A stretch of 64,000 bases of DNA from Alphaproteobacteria bacterium (GTDB lineage Bacteria > Pseudomonadota > Alphaproteobacteria > CAAHEQ01 > UBA3637): contig JAFXIF010000053.1 in the NCBI GenBank assembly GCA_017533325.1, positions 56 through 64,055 of the forward strand, read 5' to 3'. Each line of letters opens with the position of its first letter. Within the stretch, counting starts at the first letter, position 1. The notes under the pieces were generated by a model that ran no database searches, was not told the DNA's origin, and saw nothing but the letters and a program-made list of their open reading frames with translations. Below are positions 1 through 9,192 of this stretch, one piece after another. Position numbers and translations under genes: made by a program.

Positions 1-2038
1 TGCGGTCATAAAGCCCTTTGATATAAACTTTAGCGCGCGGATCTTCTTCACCACCTGAATGACCAAGGATTTCAGCTTCTTTTCCCATTACCATTTGAGA
101 AATTACCCTCGTTAACTCATTAAAATGACCTGCGGCTATGGATTGAGAAGATGGTTGTTCACTGGTGCCAACTGCTTTTAAGGCTTTCTTGGCTTTTTGA
201 ACTTGAGCTTTATCTTCAGACTGAAGTGCCTCAAGCATTTCTTCTTGCACTTGATTAAAGACTTTATGAGCGCTTTCCGACTCAATAAAGGCAACAGCAA
301 CGGCACTTTCTGACGCTGACATATCAAAGTCTTTCATCAAGTTTTCTGACGTTTTTTTGCTAACTTCGTATGCCCCGTTTTTAAGATCTGTGATGTTAAA
401 CAATTTATTTTCTTTTAATGCAATATCATTATCTTTCTCAAAAATTTTATACTCACCTTCCTGTGCACTAATTTTTAATCCGAAATCCAAACGTGATTTT
501 TCTCCCCCTTCAACATTTCCTTTGACCGTTCCATGTTCAGTAAGAGAAGTTAAGGCAACTTTTAAAGTTCCTCCTTCATCAATTTTTAAAACACCGGTTT
601 CAATTTCACTATTTTGAATATCCAAAACACCATCTTTAGCGATTGTAAGGGTTCCGCTTCCTGTTATTCCACTGTTGACAACAGTTGTCCCCTCAAAAGT
701 CATTTCCCCTTCGTTATGGATATCATTTAAAGCATTATTGACCTTATTTTCAGCAAAAATATTGTTTCCTTTAAACGTCATTTTACCAGCATTATAAATA
801 GCGCCACCTTTGGCTTCCCCCTCTTCTGACAAAACTTCATTGTAAAAGAATTGACTATCTTGAACAAGCAAATTACCTGTATCGGCATTATAAATAGCTC
901 CGCCTTTTGCATTTTCAACGCCGAGTACCTGATTACCAACAAATTTACCTTCTATCTCTTTTATAATACTTGCATTATAAATGGCGCCACCTAAAGCTTC
1001 TTTAGCATTGGCGCTATTATATAAAAATGTCCCATTAATAAAATCAATAGAAATCCCTTCCCCATTATAAATGGCGCCGCCACCTGCTCCTTCCATTGAA
1101 ATAACTTTATTATCAATAAAATCACCTTTCAAACTAAAATTTTCACTCCAGCAACCGGACCGATATTTTAAGTAGACACCGCCACCCATAGCGATTCCTG
1201 TTTCAGAGCGCGCATAGTTGCCAATAAAATCACCCACAATGTTAATATCATGACCATAAAGGAAAACAGCACCACCACCTGCTTCACCAGATACTGACTC
1301 TGCATAGTTTCCAATAAAATGACTATGAACTACATCACTATATCCACCAAAATTCACCAGAGCTCCACCATTTGCTTTTGTTCCGCCTTTTGCCCAGTTG
1401 CCGATAAAAATAGCATTTGGTGCAGCCAAATTTTCTTGGCTATAAATTGCTCCTCCTTGAGCTGTTCCTTCACTTAAAGCTCCATTTGCAATATAATTAC
1501 CTTTTATACTGGAAATCGCCCAATCATATACATTCCCATAGGCGCCCCCTCTTGCTGTTGAAGATCCATTGTCAATAATATTATTTACAAAATCACCAGT
1601 AAGGGTTGTTGTTCCCCCATACCAATTATTATAAGCACCCCCTAATTGATCTTTAGTTTCAATATCAACCCATGTGCCTGAAATATCACCATCTGGACTA
1701 TGATATCTTGGATTTGATTTTTCGGGATCATAGTTTGCAATTATATCTATCTCTTTCCCAAAAATTTCAACTTGATATGTTCTTGAAACATCATCATTCC
1801 CATAACTTTTATTTTTTAAATCAATTTCATACTGTTTATTAACTAATGAATTGGTATTAGAATCATATTCAGGGACTAAAATACCACCAGTCCCAACTTC
1901 TTTCATTACATACGAACTTTCCGCAAAAGAAGAGGTCGCAAAAAGAAGCACTCCTATATTAATTAGAAAACATTTCTTTAAAACATTTAAATATCGTTTT
2001 TTAAGTTCTCTTAATGTGGTTCTTGAATAATTTGTCAT
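1..2038 (-). CDS. Autotransporter-type surface protein, passenger region with polymorphic-membrane-protein (Pmp) GGA[ILV]/FxxN-type repeats; 5' end complete, 3' end runs off the window
   Basis: Not in the supplied ORF track, probably because it is open at the window edge. Manual translation of the minus strand from ATG at 2038 (AGGAGG 7 nt upstream) gives MTNYSRTTLRELKKRYLNVLKKCFLINIGVLLFATSSFAES... with no stop down to nt 1. GGAIYN/GGAVF/GGALVN motifs recur, alternating with GDFI/GNFxxN-like segments. The tail ...EDPRAKVYIKGLYDR looks like entry into a beta-barrel domain. Confidence 0.7.
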   Translation of the reverse strand, partial: MTNYSRTTLRELKKRYLNVLKKCFLINIGVLLFATSSFAESSYVMKEVGTGGILVPEYDSNTNSLVNKQYEIDLKNKSYGNDDVSRTYQVEIFGKEIDIIANYDPEKSNPRYHSPDGDISGTWVDIETKDQLGGAYNNWYGGTTTLTGDFVNNIIDNGSSTARGGAYGNVYDWAISSIKGNYIANGALSEGTAQGGAIYSQENLAAPNAIFIGNWAKGGTKANGGALVNFGGYSDVVHSHFIGNYAESVSGEAGGGAVFLYGHDINIVGDFIGNYARSETGIAMGGGVYLKYRSGCWSENFSLKGDFIDNKVISMEGAGGGAIYNGEGISIDFINGTFLYNSANAKEALGGAIYNASIIKEIEGKFVGNQVLGVENAKGGAIYNADTGNLLVQDSQFFYNEVLSEEGEAKGGAIYNAGKMTFKGNNIFAENKVNNALNDIHNEGEMTFEGTTVVNSGITGSGTLTIAKDGVLDIQNSEIETGVLKIDEGGTLKVALTSLTEHGTVKGNVEGGEKSRLDFGLKISAQEGEYKIFEKDNDIALKENKLFNITDLKNGAYEVSKKTSENLMKDFDMSASESAVAVAFIESESAHKVFNQVQEEMLEALQSEDKAQVQKAKKALKAVGTSEQPSSQSIAAGHFNELTRVISQMVMGKEAEILGHSGGEEDPRAKVYIKGLYDR

Positions 2039-2114
2039 GGGATGCCTCCTTTAAAATAAAAAAATGTTTACATGGTTTTTCCTTTTGTTAAATGTTGTTG
2101 GAATAGCAAAAGCC

Positions 2115-2419
2115 CGGAAATCTAACGGTCGTTAGATTTGCCGGTTTTTTGGTTAAAAAATGAGGCTAAAAAAATGACTATTTTTTGCCGATTTTGGAGT
2201 AGTTTTTTTGTAACAAAAAACATAAAATTTCATATTTTTATCAATTTTTATGCAATTTTTTAATAAAAAATAATCCTTTAAAATCAATATACTAAAAGAA
2301 AATATTAAAAAATCATTAATTTTTTTTGAAAAATTTTGGACACGAAAATTCAAACCCATGGTATAATAAAAGTATGGAAAGGAAAAAGTTCGGCAAAAAA
2401 AACGACCGTTAGAATTCCG
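2115..2419. repeat. 19-bp inverted repeat pair (CGGAAATCTAACGGTCGTT at 2115-2133; reverse complement with 1 mismatch at 2401-2419) flanking about 270 bp of AT-rich DNA. The left copy lies in a 22-bp palindrome (2118-2139) followed by a T-run.
   Basis: Direct reading. AAATCTAACG-GT-CGTTAGATTT is palindromic, with outer CCGG/CCGG pairing and TTTTTT at 2145-2150. Confidence 0.4.
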
Positions 2420-2464
2420 ACCCTTAAAATTCAATCAACCATTTGATTTTATTGCAAAATAAAC

Positions 2465-2502
2465 AAAAAAAAAGAGCGCAACAAACAGCAACGCTCTTTT
2501 TT
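2465..2502. terminator. Bidirectional intrinsic terminator downstream of accA
   Basis: AGAGCG (2473-2478) pairs with CGCTCT (2492-2497); A-run on one side and T-run on the other. Confidence 0.55.
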
Positions 2503-2531
2503 AATAATTTTATATTTATTTTCTTTCCGGC

Positions 2532-3476
2532 CTAACTTCTTGTCATCGCTAAAAACTTCTCATGACGCATGGCTTTAAGTTCATCCGGAGTGAATTGTTT
2601 TAACTCTTCCAAATACTTTTTAATTGAAGTGGCTAAGGCTCCCATTGCTTCTTTTGGATATCGATGAGCTCCACCAATCGGCTCTTTCACAACTTCATCA
2701 ATAATACCTAAACGCAATAAATCATCTGCTGTTAAATTTAAAATTTCAGCTGCTTTAGGTGCCATTTTTGAATCTTTCCACAAAATGGAAGCACACCCTT
2801 CCGGCGAAATAACAGAATAAATTGAATTTTCAAGCATCAAAACTTTGTTACCGGAAGCCAAAGCAATTGCACCACCGGATCCCCCCTCTCCAATAATGCA
2901 ACAAATAAGCGGAACTTTTAAATCCAAACAAGCTTCTGTTGAAGAAGCAATAGCTTGTCCTTGTCCGCGTTCTTCACCTTCCATACCGGGGAAAGCACCC
3001 GCTGTGTCAACAAGCGTGATAACCGGCACATTAAATTGTTCTGCCAACTTCATTAAACGAATGGCTTTTCTGTATCCTTCCGGTTTTGCCATCCCAAAGT
3101 TATGCACAATTCGGCTTTCCGTATCATGCCCTTTTTCATGACCGATAACCATCACTGTTTGCCCCTCAAATTCAGCAAAGCCACCTATAATAGCTTTATC
3201 ATCCGCAAAAGATCTGTCCCCGGATAAAATGCAAAAGTTTTGAAAAATTGTGTTGATATAATCAGATGTGTGCGGTCTTGATTCATGGCGAGCAACAGCC
3301 GATTTTTGCCAAGCTGTTAAATTGCCATAAATATTAGTAAGCGCCTTTTCTTTTTTGTTTTTTAAACGAAGGGCTTCTTCTTTTTTTTCTTCCACCGTTC
3401 TTGTCCCATCTGATTCAATTTGAGCTAAACGAGAATCGATTTCAAGTATTGTTTGTTCAAAATCCAAATATTGCAT
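2532..3476 (-). CDS. accA: Acetyl-CoA carboxylase carboxyltransferase subunit alpha
   Basis: MQYLDFEQTILEIDSRLAQI... matches the AccA N-terminus pattern (LDFEQPI), and the carboxyltransferase core ...GGFAEFEGQTVMVIGHEKG...DTAGAFPG...GEGGSGGA is present. The track ORF extends to 3527, but the internal ATG at 3476 fits the AccA N-terminus better. Confidence 0.9.
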   Translation of the reverse strand: MQYLDFEQTILEIDSRLAQIESDGTRTVEEKKEEALRLKNKKEKALTNIYGNLTAWQKSAVARHESRPHTSDYINTIFQNFCILSGDRSFADDKAIIGGFAEFEGQTVMVIGHEKGHDTESRIVHNFGMAKPEGYRKAIRLMKLAEQFNVPVITLVDTAGAFPGMEGEERGQGQAIASSTEACLDLKVPLICCIIGEGGSGGAIALASGNKVLMLENSIYSVISPEGCASILWKDSKMAPKAAEILNLTADDLLRLGIIDEVVKEPIGGAHRYPKEAMGALATSIKKYLEELKQFTPDELKAMRHEKFLAMTRS

Positions 3477-3582
3477 TTTTAATCCTTTTATAATTTGATT
3501 TTTTTCATTATAGTCTGTATACTTCAAAAAGTCCAGTTATTTATCGGTTTTTCATAAAAACGAAACATTTATCAGGTGTAAA

Positions 3583-5382
3583 ATGCGCTTAAATTTTCTT
3601 TCATCCGCAGTTATTTTAGGTTTAGTTACTCTTTTCAATTTAACCTTTTCTTTTCCTTTGCAAGCAAAATATCCTTTTCAATCTTCTGCTGCCATGTATG
3701 GTGAACCAAAATATAAAGAAGGGTTTTTATCTTTTGATTATGTGAATGTTTCTGCTCCTGACGGGGGCGAATTAAGACAAGCTGCGTTCGGTTCTTTCGA
3801 TTCTTTTAATCCTTTTTCAATTAACGGGGTTTCGGCGGCAGGCATCGGATTAACCCATGATTCTTTAATGAAGCAAAGCGCAGATGAATCGTTTTCTCTT
3901 TACGGATTAATCGCCGATGGTTTTTATATTTTACCCAAACAACAAGGTGTTGCTTTTCGCATTAATGAAAAAGCAACATTTAGCGACGGCTCAAAAATAA
4001 CACCTCAAGACGTTCTTTTTTCCTTTAACACCTTAAAAGAAAAAGGATCACCAACATACCGATACTATTACAGAGATGTCGAAAAAGTTAAAATCGAAGG
4101 CGAAAATATTATTGTTTTTTATTTTCAAAAAGACACTCAAAACAAAGAGCTTCCCTTTATTTTGGGTGAACTTCCCGTTCTTTCAAAAACATGGTGGGAA
4201 AATAAAGATTTTTCCAAAACCTCTCTTGAAATTCCCGTTTCAAGCGGGCCTTATGTTATAGATCATTTTCAAGCCGGCAGATATATCGTTTATAAAAAAA
4301 ATCCAAAATATTGGGCTTGGGATTTAAATGTGAATAAAGGATTTTATCATTTTGATAAATTTAAGTTTGATTATTATAGAGATACAACTGTTGCCGTTGA
4401 AGCATTCAAAGCCGGCGAATTTGATGTTCGACTTGAAAATGAAGCAAAAAAATGGGTTCATTTTCAAAATGAAAAAAATGTTCAAAACGGTCGCATTGTT
4501 ATGAAAAGTTTTTCTCATCATCTCCCTAGCGGTATGCAAGGTTTTGTGTTTAACTTAAGAAAACCGATTTTTCAAGATAAACGCGTTCGTAAAGCTCTTT
4601 CTTTAGCTTTTGATTTTGATTGGATGAATAACAATTTATTTCATGGCCTTTATACAAGAACCACCAGCTTTTTTGATAATTCCTATTTAAAAGCGCCCTC
4701 TTTACCTGATAAAGAAGAATTAAAATTATTAGAACCTTATAAAAATATGCTGGATAAAGAAGTTTTTGAACCTCTTTATCAAAAAGAAGAAACAAACACC
4801 AGAAAACGCCTTTATCAAGCCATTGAATTATTAAATCAAGCCGGTTGGGTTGTTGATGACAAGGGTATCTTAAAAAAAGATGACATTCCTTTTGAATTTG
4901 AAATTTTAATTGATACAGCTTCCAGTGGTGCTTGGGAAAGAATTATTCTTCCTTATGTCAGCAAATTAAAAAGACTTGGGATTAATGCGCGTATCAGAAC
5001 CGTTGATTTGTTGCAATATAAAAACAGGCTCGATTCATTTGAATATGATATGATTGTTTCTGTTTGGGGACAATCTCTTTCTCCAGGGAATGAACAGCGT
5101 TACTTTTTCAGCTCCGGGGCAGCCGATTCGCATGGTTCTATGAATTATAGCGGTATTAAAAATCCAGTCATTGATGCTATTATTGAAAAAATTATTTCTG
5201 CGCATTCGAAAAAAGAACTTGTTACTGCCGTTCATGCGCTTGACAGGATATTATTAACTGAAATCATTGTGATTCCCCACTGGTATACACCTAAAAATCG
5301 ATTTATGTTTCAAAACAACATTAAAATGCCCCAAAATACTCCCTTAAAAGGCACGGATATTTTAACATGGTGGAAAATATAA
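3583..5382 (+). CDS. ABC transporter substrate-binding protein, family 5 (YejA/OppA-like), orphan
   Basis: 599 aa with a signal peptide (MRLNFLSSAVILGLVTLFNLTFSFPLQA). Overall SBP_bac_5-like layout; no permease or ATPase adjacent. Confidence 0.7.
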   Translation: MRLNFLSSAVILGLVTLFNLTFSFPLQAKYPFQSSAAMYGEPKYKEGFLSFDYVNVSAPDGGELRQAAFGSFDSFNPFSINGVSAAGIGLTHDSLMKQSADESFSLYGLIADGFYILPKQQGVAFRINEKATFSDGSKITPQDVLFSFNTLKEKGSPTYRYYYRDVEKVKIEGENIIVFYFQKDTQNKELPFILGELPVLSKTWWENKDFSKTSLEIPVSSGPYVIDHFQAGRYIVYKKNPKYWAWDLNVNKGFYHFDKFKFDYYRDTTVAVEAFKAGEFDVRLENEAKKWVHFQNEKNVQNGRIVMKSFSHHLPSGMQGFVFNLRKPIFQDKRVRKALSLAFDFDWMNNNLFHGLYTRTTSFFDNSYLKAPSLPDKEELKLLEPYKNMLDKEVFEPLYQKEETNTRKRLYQAIELLNQAGWVVDDKGILKKDDIPFEFEILIDTASSGAWERIILPYVSKLKRLGINARIRTVDLLQYKNRLDSFEYDMIVSVWGQSLSPGNEQRYFFSSGAADSHGSMNYSGIKNPVIDAIIEKIISAHSKKELVTAVHALDRILLTEIIVIPHWYTPKNRFMFQNNIKMPQNTPLKGTDILTWWKI

Positions 5383-5498
5383 AAAAAAAATAAGTTTTTA
5401 ATTTTAACGCTTTTTTTGCTTGCCTTCTTCAAAAAAAAACTTTATTCTGATTTAAGAAGAAAAAGAAAGGGGCGCCACATGAAAAATTAAAATCCGCG

Positions 5499-6143
5499 TT
5501 GTTTTTAGCCTGTTTTTCCTTAAGCTCAACCGTTTTTGCGCAAAATGCCTTTTGGTCTTTTGACACAAATAATGATGAATTGAACATTCCTCTTCAGTGC
5601 GATGGACAATTTGATGAAACGCGTGGCGGTGTTTTCTTGCCGACACCGGAAGAGCTTTTTGATTATGGCGAAACCTTTTTGCTAGAACGCGGAAAAGATA
5701 AAAACAATGCCGCCTATTGCTTACTCTCTGCCGCTCTTCAAGGCCATGTAGAAGCACAATACCGATTGGCACAGTTATATAACAAAGGAATTATTTTTCC
5801 GCAAAACGATTTAGCCGCTTATAAATGGTCTTTTTTAGCCTCTTTATACGGGCATAAAAAAGCCGAACAAATGGCTCTTACACTTGAGCAACTTCTTTCG
5901 ACAAAAGATATTGATTTAGCCACAAATTCAATCAAAGATATGCTTCCTTCAATTACTTCAATTAAAAATGCCGATTTATCAAAAATCAATGATAATTTAA
6001 AGGCAAAAAAAGATGAACTGGCTAAAATCAATAAAGAAATTGATGATATTTTAGGAATTAAATTTATGCCTCCTTCAGGTGGCAAGAAAGGGTCTGCCTC
6101 AAGAATGCCAATCACTCATTTTTCAGAAGCAGACAGGATGTAA
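5499..6143 (+). CDS. Sel1-like repeat (SLR/TPR) secreted protein; start uncertain (see finding on the A-tract)
   Basis: AAYCLLSAALQGHVEAQYRLAQLYNKG...AAYKWSFLASLYGHKKAE are Sel1-type repeats. The track start is a TTG inside what looks like a signal peptide. Confidence 0.6.
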   Translation: MFLACFSLSSTVFAQNAFWSFDTNNDELNIPLQCDGQFDETRGGVFLPTPEELFDYGETFLLERGKDKNNAAYCLLSAALQGHVEAQYRLAQLYNKGIIFPQNDLAAYKWSFLASLYGHKKAEQMALTLEQLLSTKDIDLATNSIKDMLPSITSIKNADLSKINDNLKAKKDELAKINKEIDDILGIKFMPPSGGKKGSASRMPITHFSEADRM

Positions 6144-6146
6144 AGC

Positions 6147-6503
6147 ATGAAGCTTTTACAATTGTTTGCTTTAATTTTCTTTTGGTCAGTATCTGTTCAT
6201 GCTGAGGATTTTTTAGCAAACACAAGTGATATTCCAATCATGAATGGACTTCAAATCAATGTTGCCGAACAAATGGATTTTGACACTCCCACCGGTCAAC
6301 TTCTTGTTTTAGAGGGTATCTCAATAAAAAAAACAGGGGATGAGATTTTAAAATTTTATCAAACAACTCTTCCTCAGCTAGGGTGGAAAGAAAAATCAGA
6401 CGGCGTTTTTTTAAGACAAGATGATTCCTTAAATATCGTTATTTTAAAAAACAAAGCCCCCTCTAAAGTGCGTTTTGATATATCCTTAACAAGCGACAAA
6501 TAA
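6147..6503 (+). CDS. Hypothetical secreted protein
   Basis: 118 aa with signal peptide MKLLQLFALIFFWSVSVHA; tightly follows the previous gene. Confidence 0.5.
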   Translation: MKLLQLFALIFFWSVSVHAEDFLANTSDIPIMNGLQINVAEQMDFDTPTGQLLVLEGISIKKTGDEILKFYQTTLPQLGWKEKSDGVFLRQDDSLNIVILKNKAPSKVRFDISLTSDK

Positions 6504-6542
6504 GAACCATTTGTTTTTCTTGACAAAACTTGATAAAATAAG

Positions 6543-6571
6543 TTGACTTTTCTTTTTATTTAGTGTATAAA
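6543..6571 (+). promoter_or_regulatory. Sigma70-like promoter for rpsT (TTGACT-N17-TATAAA)
   Basis: TTGACT at 6543-6548, 17-nt spacer, TATAAA at 6566-6571, about 43 nt before the rpsT ATG. Confidence 0.4.
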
Positions 6572-6613
6572 GAAGGCCTTAAGTTTAAAATTTTTCAATT
6601 GAGGAATAAAAAT

Positions 6614-6874
6614 ATGGCCAATATTAAATCGGCAAAAACACGTGTAAGACGCAACACTAAAAAAGAAAGAGTCAATGCTGACCGTTTAAATGCAGTCAGA
6701 ACTGCCACAAAAAAAGTTCGTGCTGCTATCTTAGCCGGTGACAAAGAAGCTGCTCAAGCAGCATTCAAAGTTGCTGAATCAGCTTGGGCTCGCGCCGGTG
6801 TTCGTAACACAGTTCACAAAAGAACAGCTTCTCGCAAAATCTCAAGATTAGCTGCTGCTGTTAAAGGAATGTAA
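6614..6874 (+). CDS. rpsT: 30S ribosomal protein S20
   Basis: MANIKSAKTRVRRNTKKERVNADRLNAVRTATKKV... is a typical S20. GAGG lies upstream of the ATG at 6614; the track ORF starts earlier at 6563. Confidence 0.9.
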   Translation: MANIKSAKTRVRRNTKKERVNADRLNAVRTATKKVRAAILAGDKEAAQAAFKVAESAWARAGVRNTVHKRTASRKISRLAAAVKGM

Positions 6875-6902
6875 TTTTACATCGTGTAGCCAAAAAAATT
6901 AA

Positions 6903-6927
6903 AGCACTTTAAGAGTGCTTTTTTTTA
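6903..6927 (+). terminator. Intrinsic terminator of rpsT
   Basis: AGCACT-TTAAG-AGTGCT hairpin followed by T8. Confidence 0.6.
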
Positions 6928-6940
6928 TGAAAGGACCCTT

Positions 6941-7585
6941 ATGTCAAAAATAATTTTATGGGATTGGGATAATACCTTAGCAGATACATTCGGTGCAATT
7001 TTAGTCGCTCAAAATGTGATGAGACAAGCATATAATCTTTCTCCTTGGACAAAAGAAGAAGCTAAAATTGCAATGAATAGTAGCGGAAGAAATTTAATCA
7101 AAAATCTTGTCGGCGAAGAAAATGCCTTGCAAGCCCGTCAAATATTTTTAAAAGCTTATGAAGAAAATGCTTCCGAAATTGTGTTAAAAGAAGGTGCAAA
7201 AGAAATTGTTCACATCACAAAAGAACATGGCTATATTAATATTTTAGCCAGTAATAAAGCCGGACCTATTTTAAGAAATGAAGTTGAAACACTCAGCTTA
7301 ACAAAATTTTTTGATAAAATTATCGGTGCTGAAGATTTTGAACATGATAAACCTTCCAAAGAGTTTACCGATTCTGCCATTAATGGATATACTATTGATG
7401 AACTTTATTCTGTTGGTGACGGAAAAGCAGACATCAAGATGGCTCACAATTATCCAAATGGTAAAGGTATTTTGGTATGGACAGATCCAAACACACCGGA
7501 ATTTAACGAAATTAAACCGGATATTGTTTGCTCTTCTTTGGTGGATTTAAAAGCAATTTTAACAAACCAAAAGCAACGTTCTTAA
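6941..7585 (+). CDS. HAD-superfamily hydrolase (phosphatase-like)
   Basis: N-terminal DxDxT motif (ILWDWDNTLADT) and a late GDGKADI motif. Confidence 0.7.
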   Translation: MSKIILWDWDNTLADTFGAILVAQNVMRQAYNLSPWTKEEAKIAMNSSGRNLIKNLVGEENALQARQIFLKAYEENASEIVLKEGAKEIVHITKEHGYINILASNKAGPILRNEVETLSLTKFFDKIIGAEDFEHDKPSKEFTDSAINGYTIDELYSVGDGKADIKMAHNYPNGKGILVWTDPNTPEFNEIKPDIVCSSLVDLKAILTNQKQRS

Positions 7586-7669
7586 AAGTTATCCACAGGA
7601 TAAATTACCGTCGGAGAAAAACTCTCTGACGGTTTTATTTTAAAAACTTAAACCCAACACGCTTAAATA

Positions 7670-7897
7670 TTATGAATTTATATTCATATCTTGCTCAATT
7701 AACAATTCTTCTGTAAACTTTACAAATGTTTTTGTTGCATTTCCATAAAAACAATGTTTGGCGTTAACATTTTCACTTATATCACAGTGTGAACATACTG
7801 TTTCAGCATCAATATCGCCACCAATTTTTGTTATCTTTCCACAATTCAGACAGATACATTCATCTATACGTCCATGTATATGATATATATTTTTTTG
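7670..7897 (-). pseudogene. Truncated, internally deleted paralog of the Sir2/CobB deacylase gene at 11833-12546
   Basis: The minus-strand frame reads KNIYHIHGRIDECICLNCGKITKIGGDIDAETVCSHCDISENVNAKHCFYGNATKTFVKFTEELLIEQDMNINS*. The full gene has KNIYHIHGCIDECICLNCGQITKVCGN...CPHC...HFYGKASETFKQFAEDLLIEQESSL. The fragment has no start codon, no N-terminal NAD-binding half and no middle segment. Confidence 0.7.
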
Positions 7898-7908
7898 TAT
7901 GCTTTTCT

Positions 7909-8988
7909 TTATCTGCTTTTATCAGAAACAGAGCTCATCATTAACCCCATTTTTTGTAATTGAATACCAAATTGTTTGCTCATTTTTTTTGCAACTTCTT
8001 GTTCTTGCTGATTGGAATTTTCAGCAAATGCTGTTTGATTTAAAAATTTAGCAATGGCATTTAACATTTTAGCTTTATTCTGAGATGTTATTTGCGGCAC
8101 AAAAGAAAAATGCGACTCGTTTTCATTGCGATTTATAGTTCTTAAGAACCAATAAACACCCGACTCTTTTTGTGCATTTTTTATCATATTATTTAAAATA
8201 TCGGCAGCTATTTTTTCTTCCTCCTTTAAAACGCTAAAATTAAAATGCAAAGTTTGTGGCTTAATATTTCTATAATCAACTTGATTATTTGTAGGACGAT
8301 TTTCAAAATTATCTGTAATTTGACGAGCGTCTGATTGAATCTTTGGGATATCTTTTAAACGCGTGCGCCGAATAAATTCTTTAAAAGTATCAAATTCAAG
8401 AGGGGTTTCAAGGCGTAAAGTCAAATTTTTTGCTCCATACATAAAACGCGCCTGTTGATTCAATTCCCGGACTGAAAAATCTTGAGTATAATTAGCTTGT
8501 TGATTCATAAAATTATAAATTTTATCATCTGTCACATCTTCAATAACTCTATCTTTTTCATCAAATGTCACCGGATAAAAATAACCTCCAAAAAATCTAA
8601 ACTTGTTTTTATGTAATGCCTGCCCGGCCCATTCTTCAAAAATTACACGTTTTTCGGATTCAACTTTTTCAGGCTCAAGAGATAAATTAATTAAGTTATC
8701 GCCTAAAGAATTTAAAACATTTGAGGCTTGTTTGATATTGTCAATTTGTGAAAGCTGATGCGAAATAAAAGTTGAGCGAACTTCAGCATTTCCTTTAAAT
8801 GGCCCTGATAAACAATGCTCAATTAAATGATTAGCCGCCAATTGGAATTGCCTTTTTTCGCCTTCAATAAAATCATTTGATGCATAAAGTGTGCCACTCC
8901 ATTTATAAGAATTTGGAACAACTTCAATTTTCATTCCATTTTCTAATTCAATAAAAAACATATCTTCTGATTTTATTTTTTCACTCAT
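7909..8988 (-). CDS. Hypothetical protein with M16 (insulinase/pitrilysin)-like HxxEH motif
   Basis: LAANHLIEHCLSG contains HxxEH, followed downstream by EKRVIFEEW, which resembles the M16 ERxVVxxE motif. No signal peptide is obvious. Confidence 0.4.
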   Translation of the reverse strand: MSEKIKSEDMFFIELENGMKIEVVPNSYKWSGTLYASNDFIEGEKRQFQLAANHLIEHCLSGPFKGNAEVRSTFISHQLSQIDNIKQASNVLNSLGDNLINLSLEPEKVESEKRVIFEEWAGQALHKNKFRFFGGYFYPVTFDEKDRVIEDVTDDKIYNFMNQQANYTQDFSVRELNQQARFMYGAKNLTLRLETPLEFDTFKEFIRRTRLKDIPKIQSDARQITDNFENRPTNNQVDYRNIKPQTLHFNFSVLKEEEKIAADILNNMIKNAQKESGVYWFLRTINRNENESHFSFVPQITSQNKAKMLNAIAKFLNQTAFAENSNQQEQEVAKKMSKQFGIQLQKMGLMMSSVSDKSR

Positions 8989-9146
8989 AAATCCCTCCCT
9001 ACTTTTATTAATTATATCATAAAATCAATTTTTAATAAAATAATTCAGATTCAATTCTTTCAAAGGATACCATTATAAAGCTTATTTTTCAATCCAATTC
9101 AACTTGTTAACAGCACATTAAAATCCTTGATTCTCACTCTTTTTTA

Positions 9147-9175
9147 TTGACATTTATTTTCCTTTTTCTCAAAAT
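9147..9175 (+). promoter_or_regulatory. Possible sigma70-like promoter (TTGACA-N17-CAAAAT) for the CDF transporter gene
   Basis: TTGACA at 9147-9152 and CAAAAT at 9170-9175, with AAGGAG before the ATG at 9193. Confidence 0.3.
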
Positions 9176-9192
9176 AATGCAAGGAGATAAAT

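Noticed and set aside
357-617. Track ORF of 86 aa on the plus strand.
   Set aside because: It is antisense to a long, motif-rich minus-strand reading frame (the Pmp-repeat autotransporter). Its own sequence is low-complexity with no RBS, so it looks like a shadow ORF.
2153-2434. Track ORF of 93 aa on the minus strand in the accA-autotransporter gap.
   Set aside because: The translation is extremely AT-driven, low-complexity and rich in F/K/N/I. There is no RBS, and the ORF spans the inverted-repeat element. It is probably non-coding.
2845-3141. Track ORFs antisense to well-supported genes: 2845-3141 in accA, 30195-30636 in map, 19473-19739 in the ANK gene, 38759-39094 in mutS, and others.
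   Set aside because: Each lies wholly inside, and opposite to, a gene with strong family motifs. None has an independent RBS or recognisable motifs.
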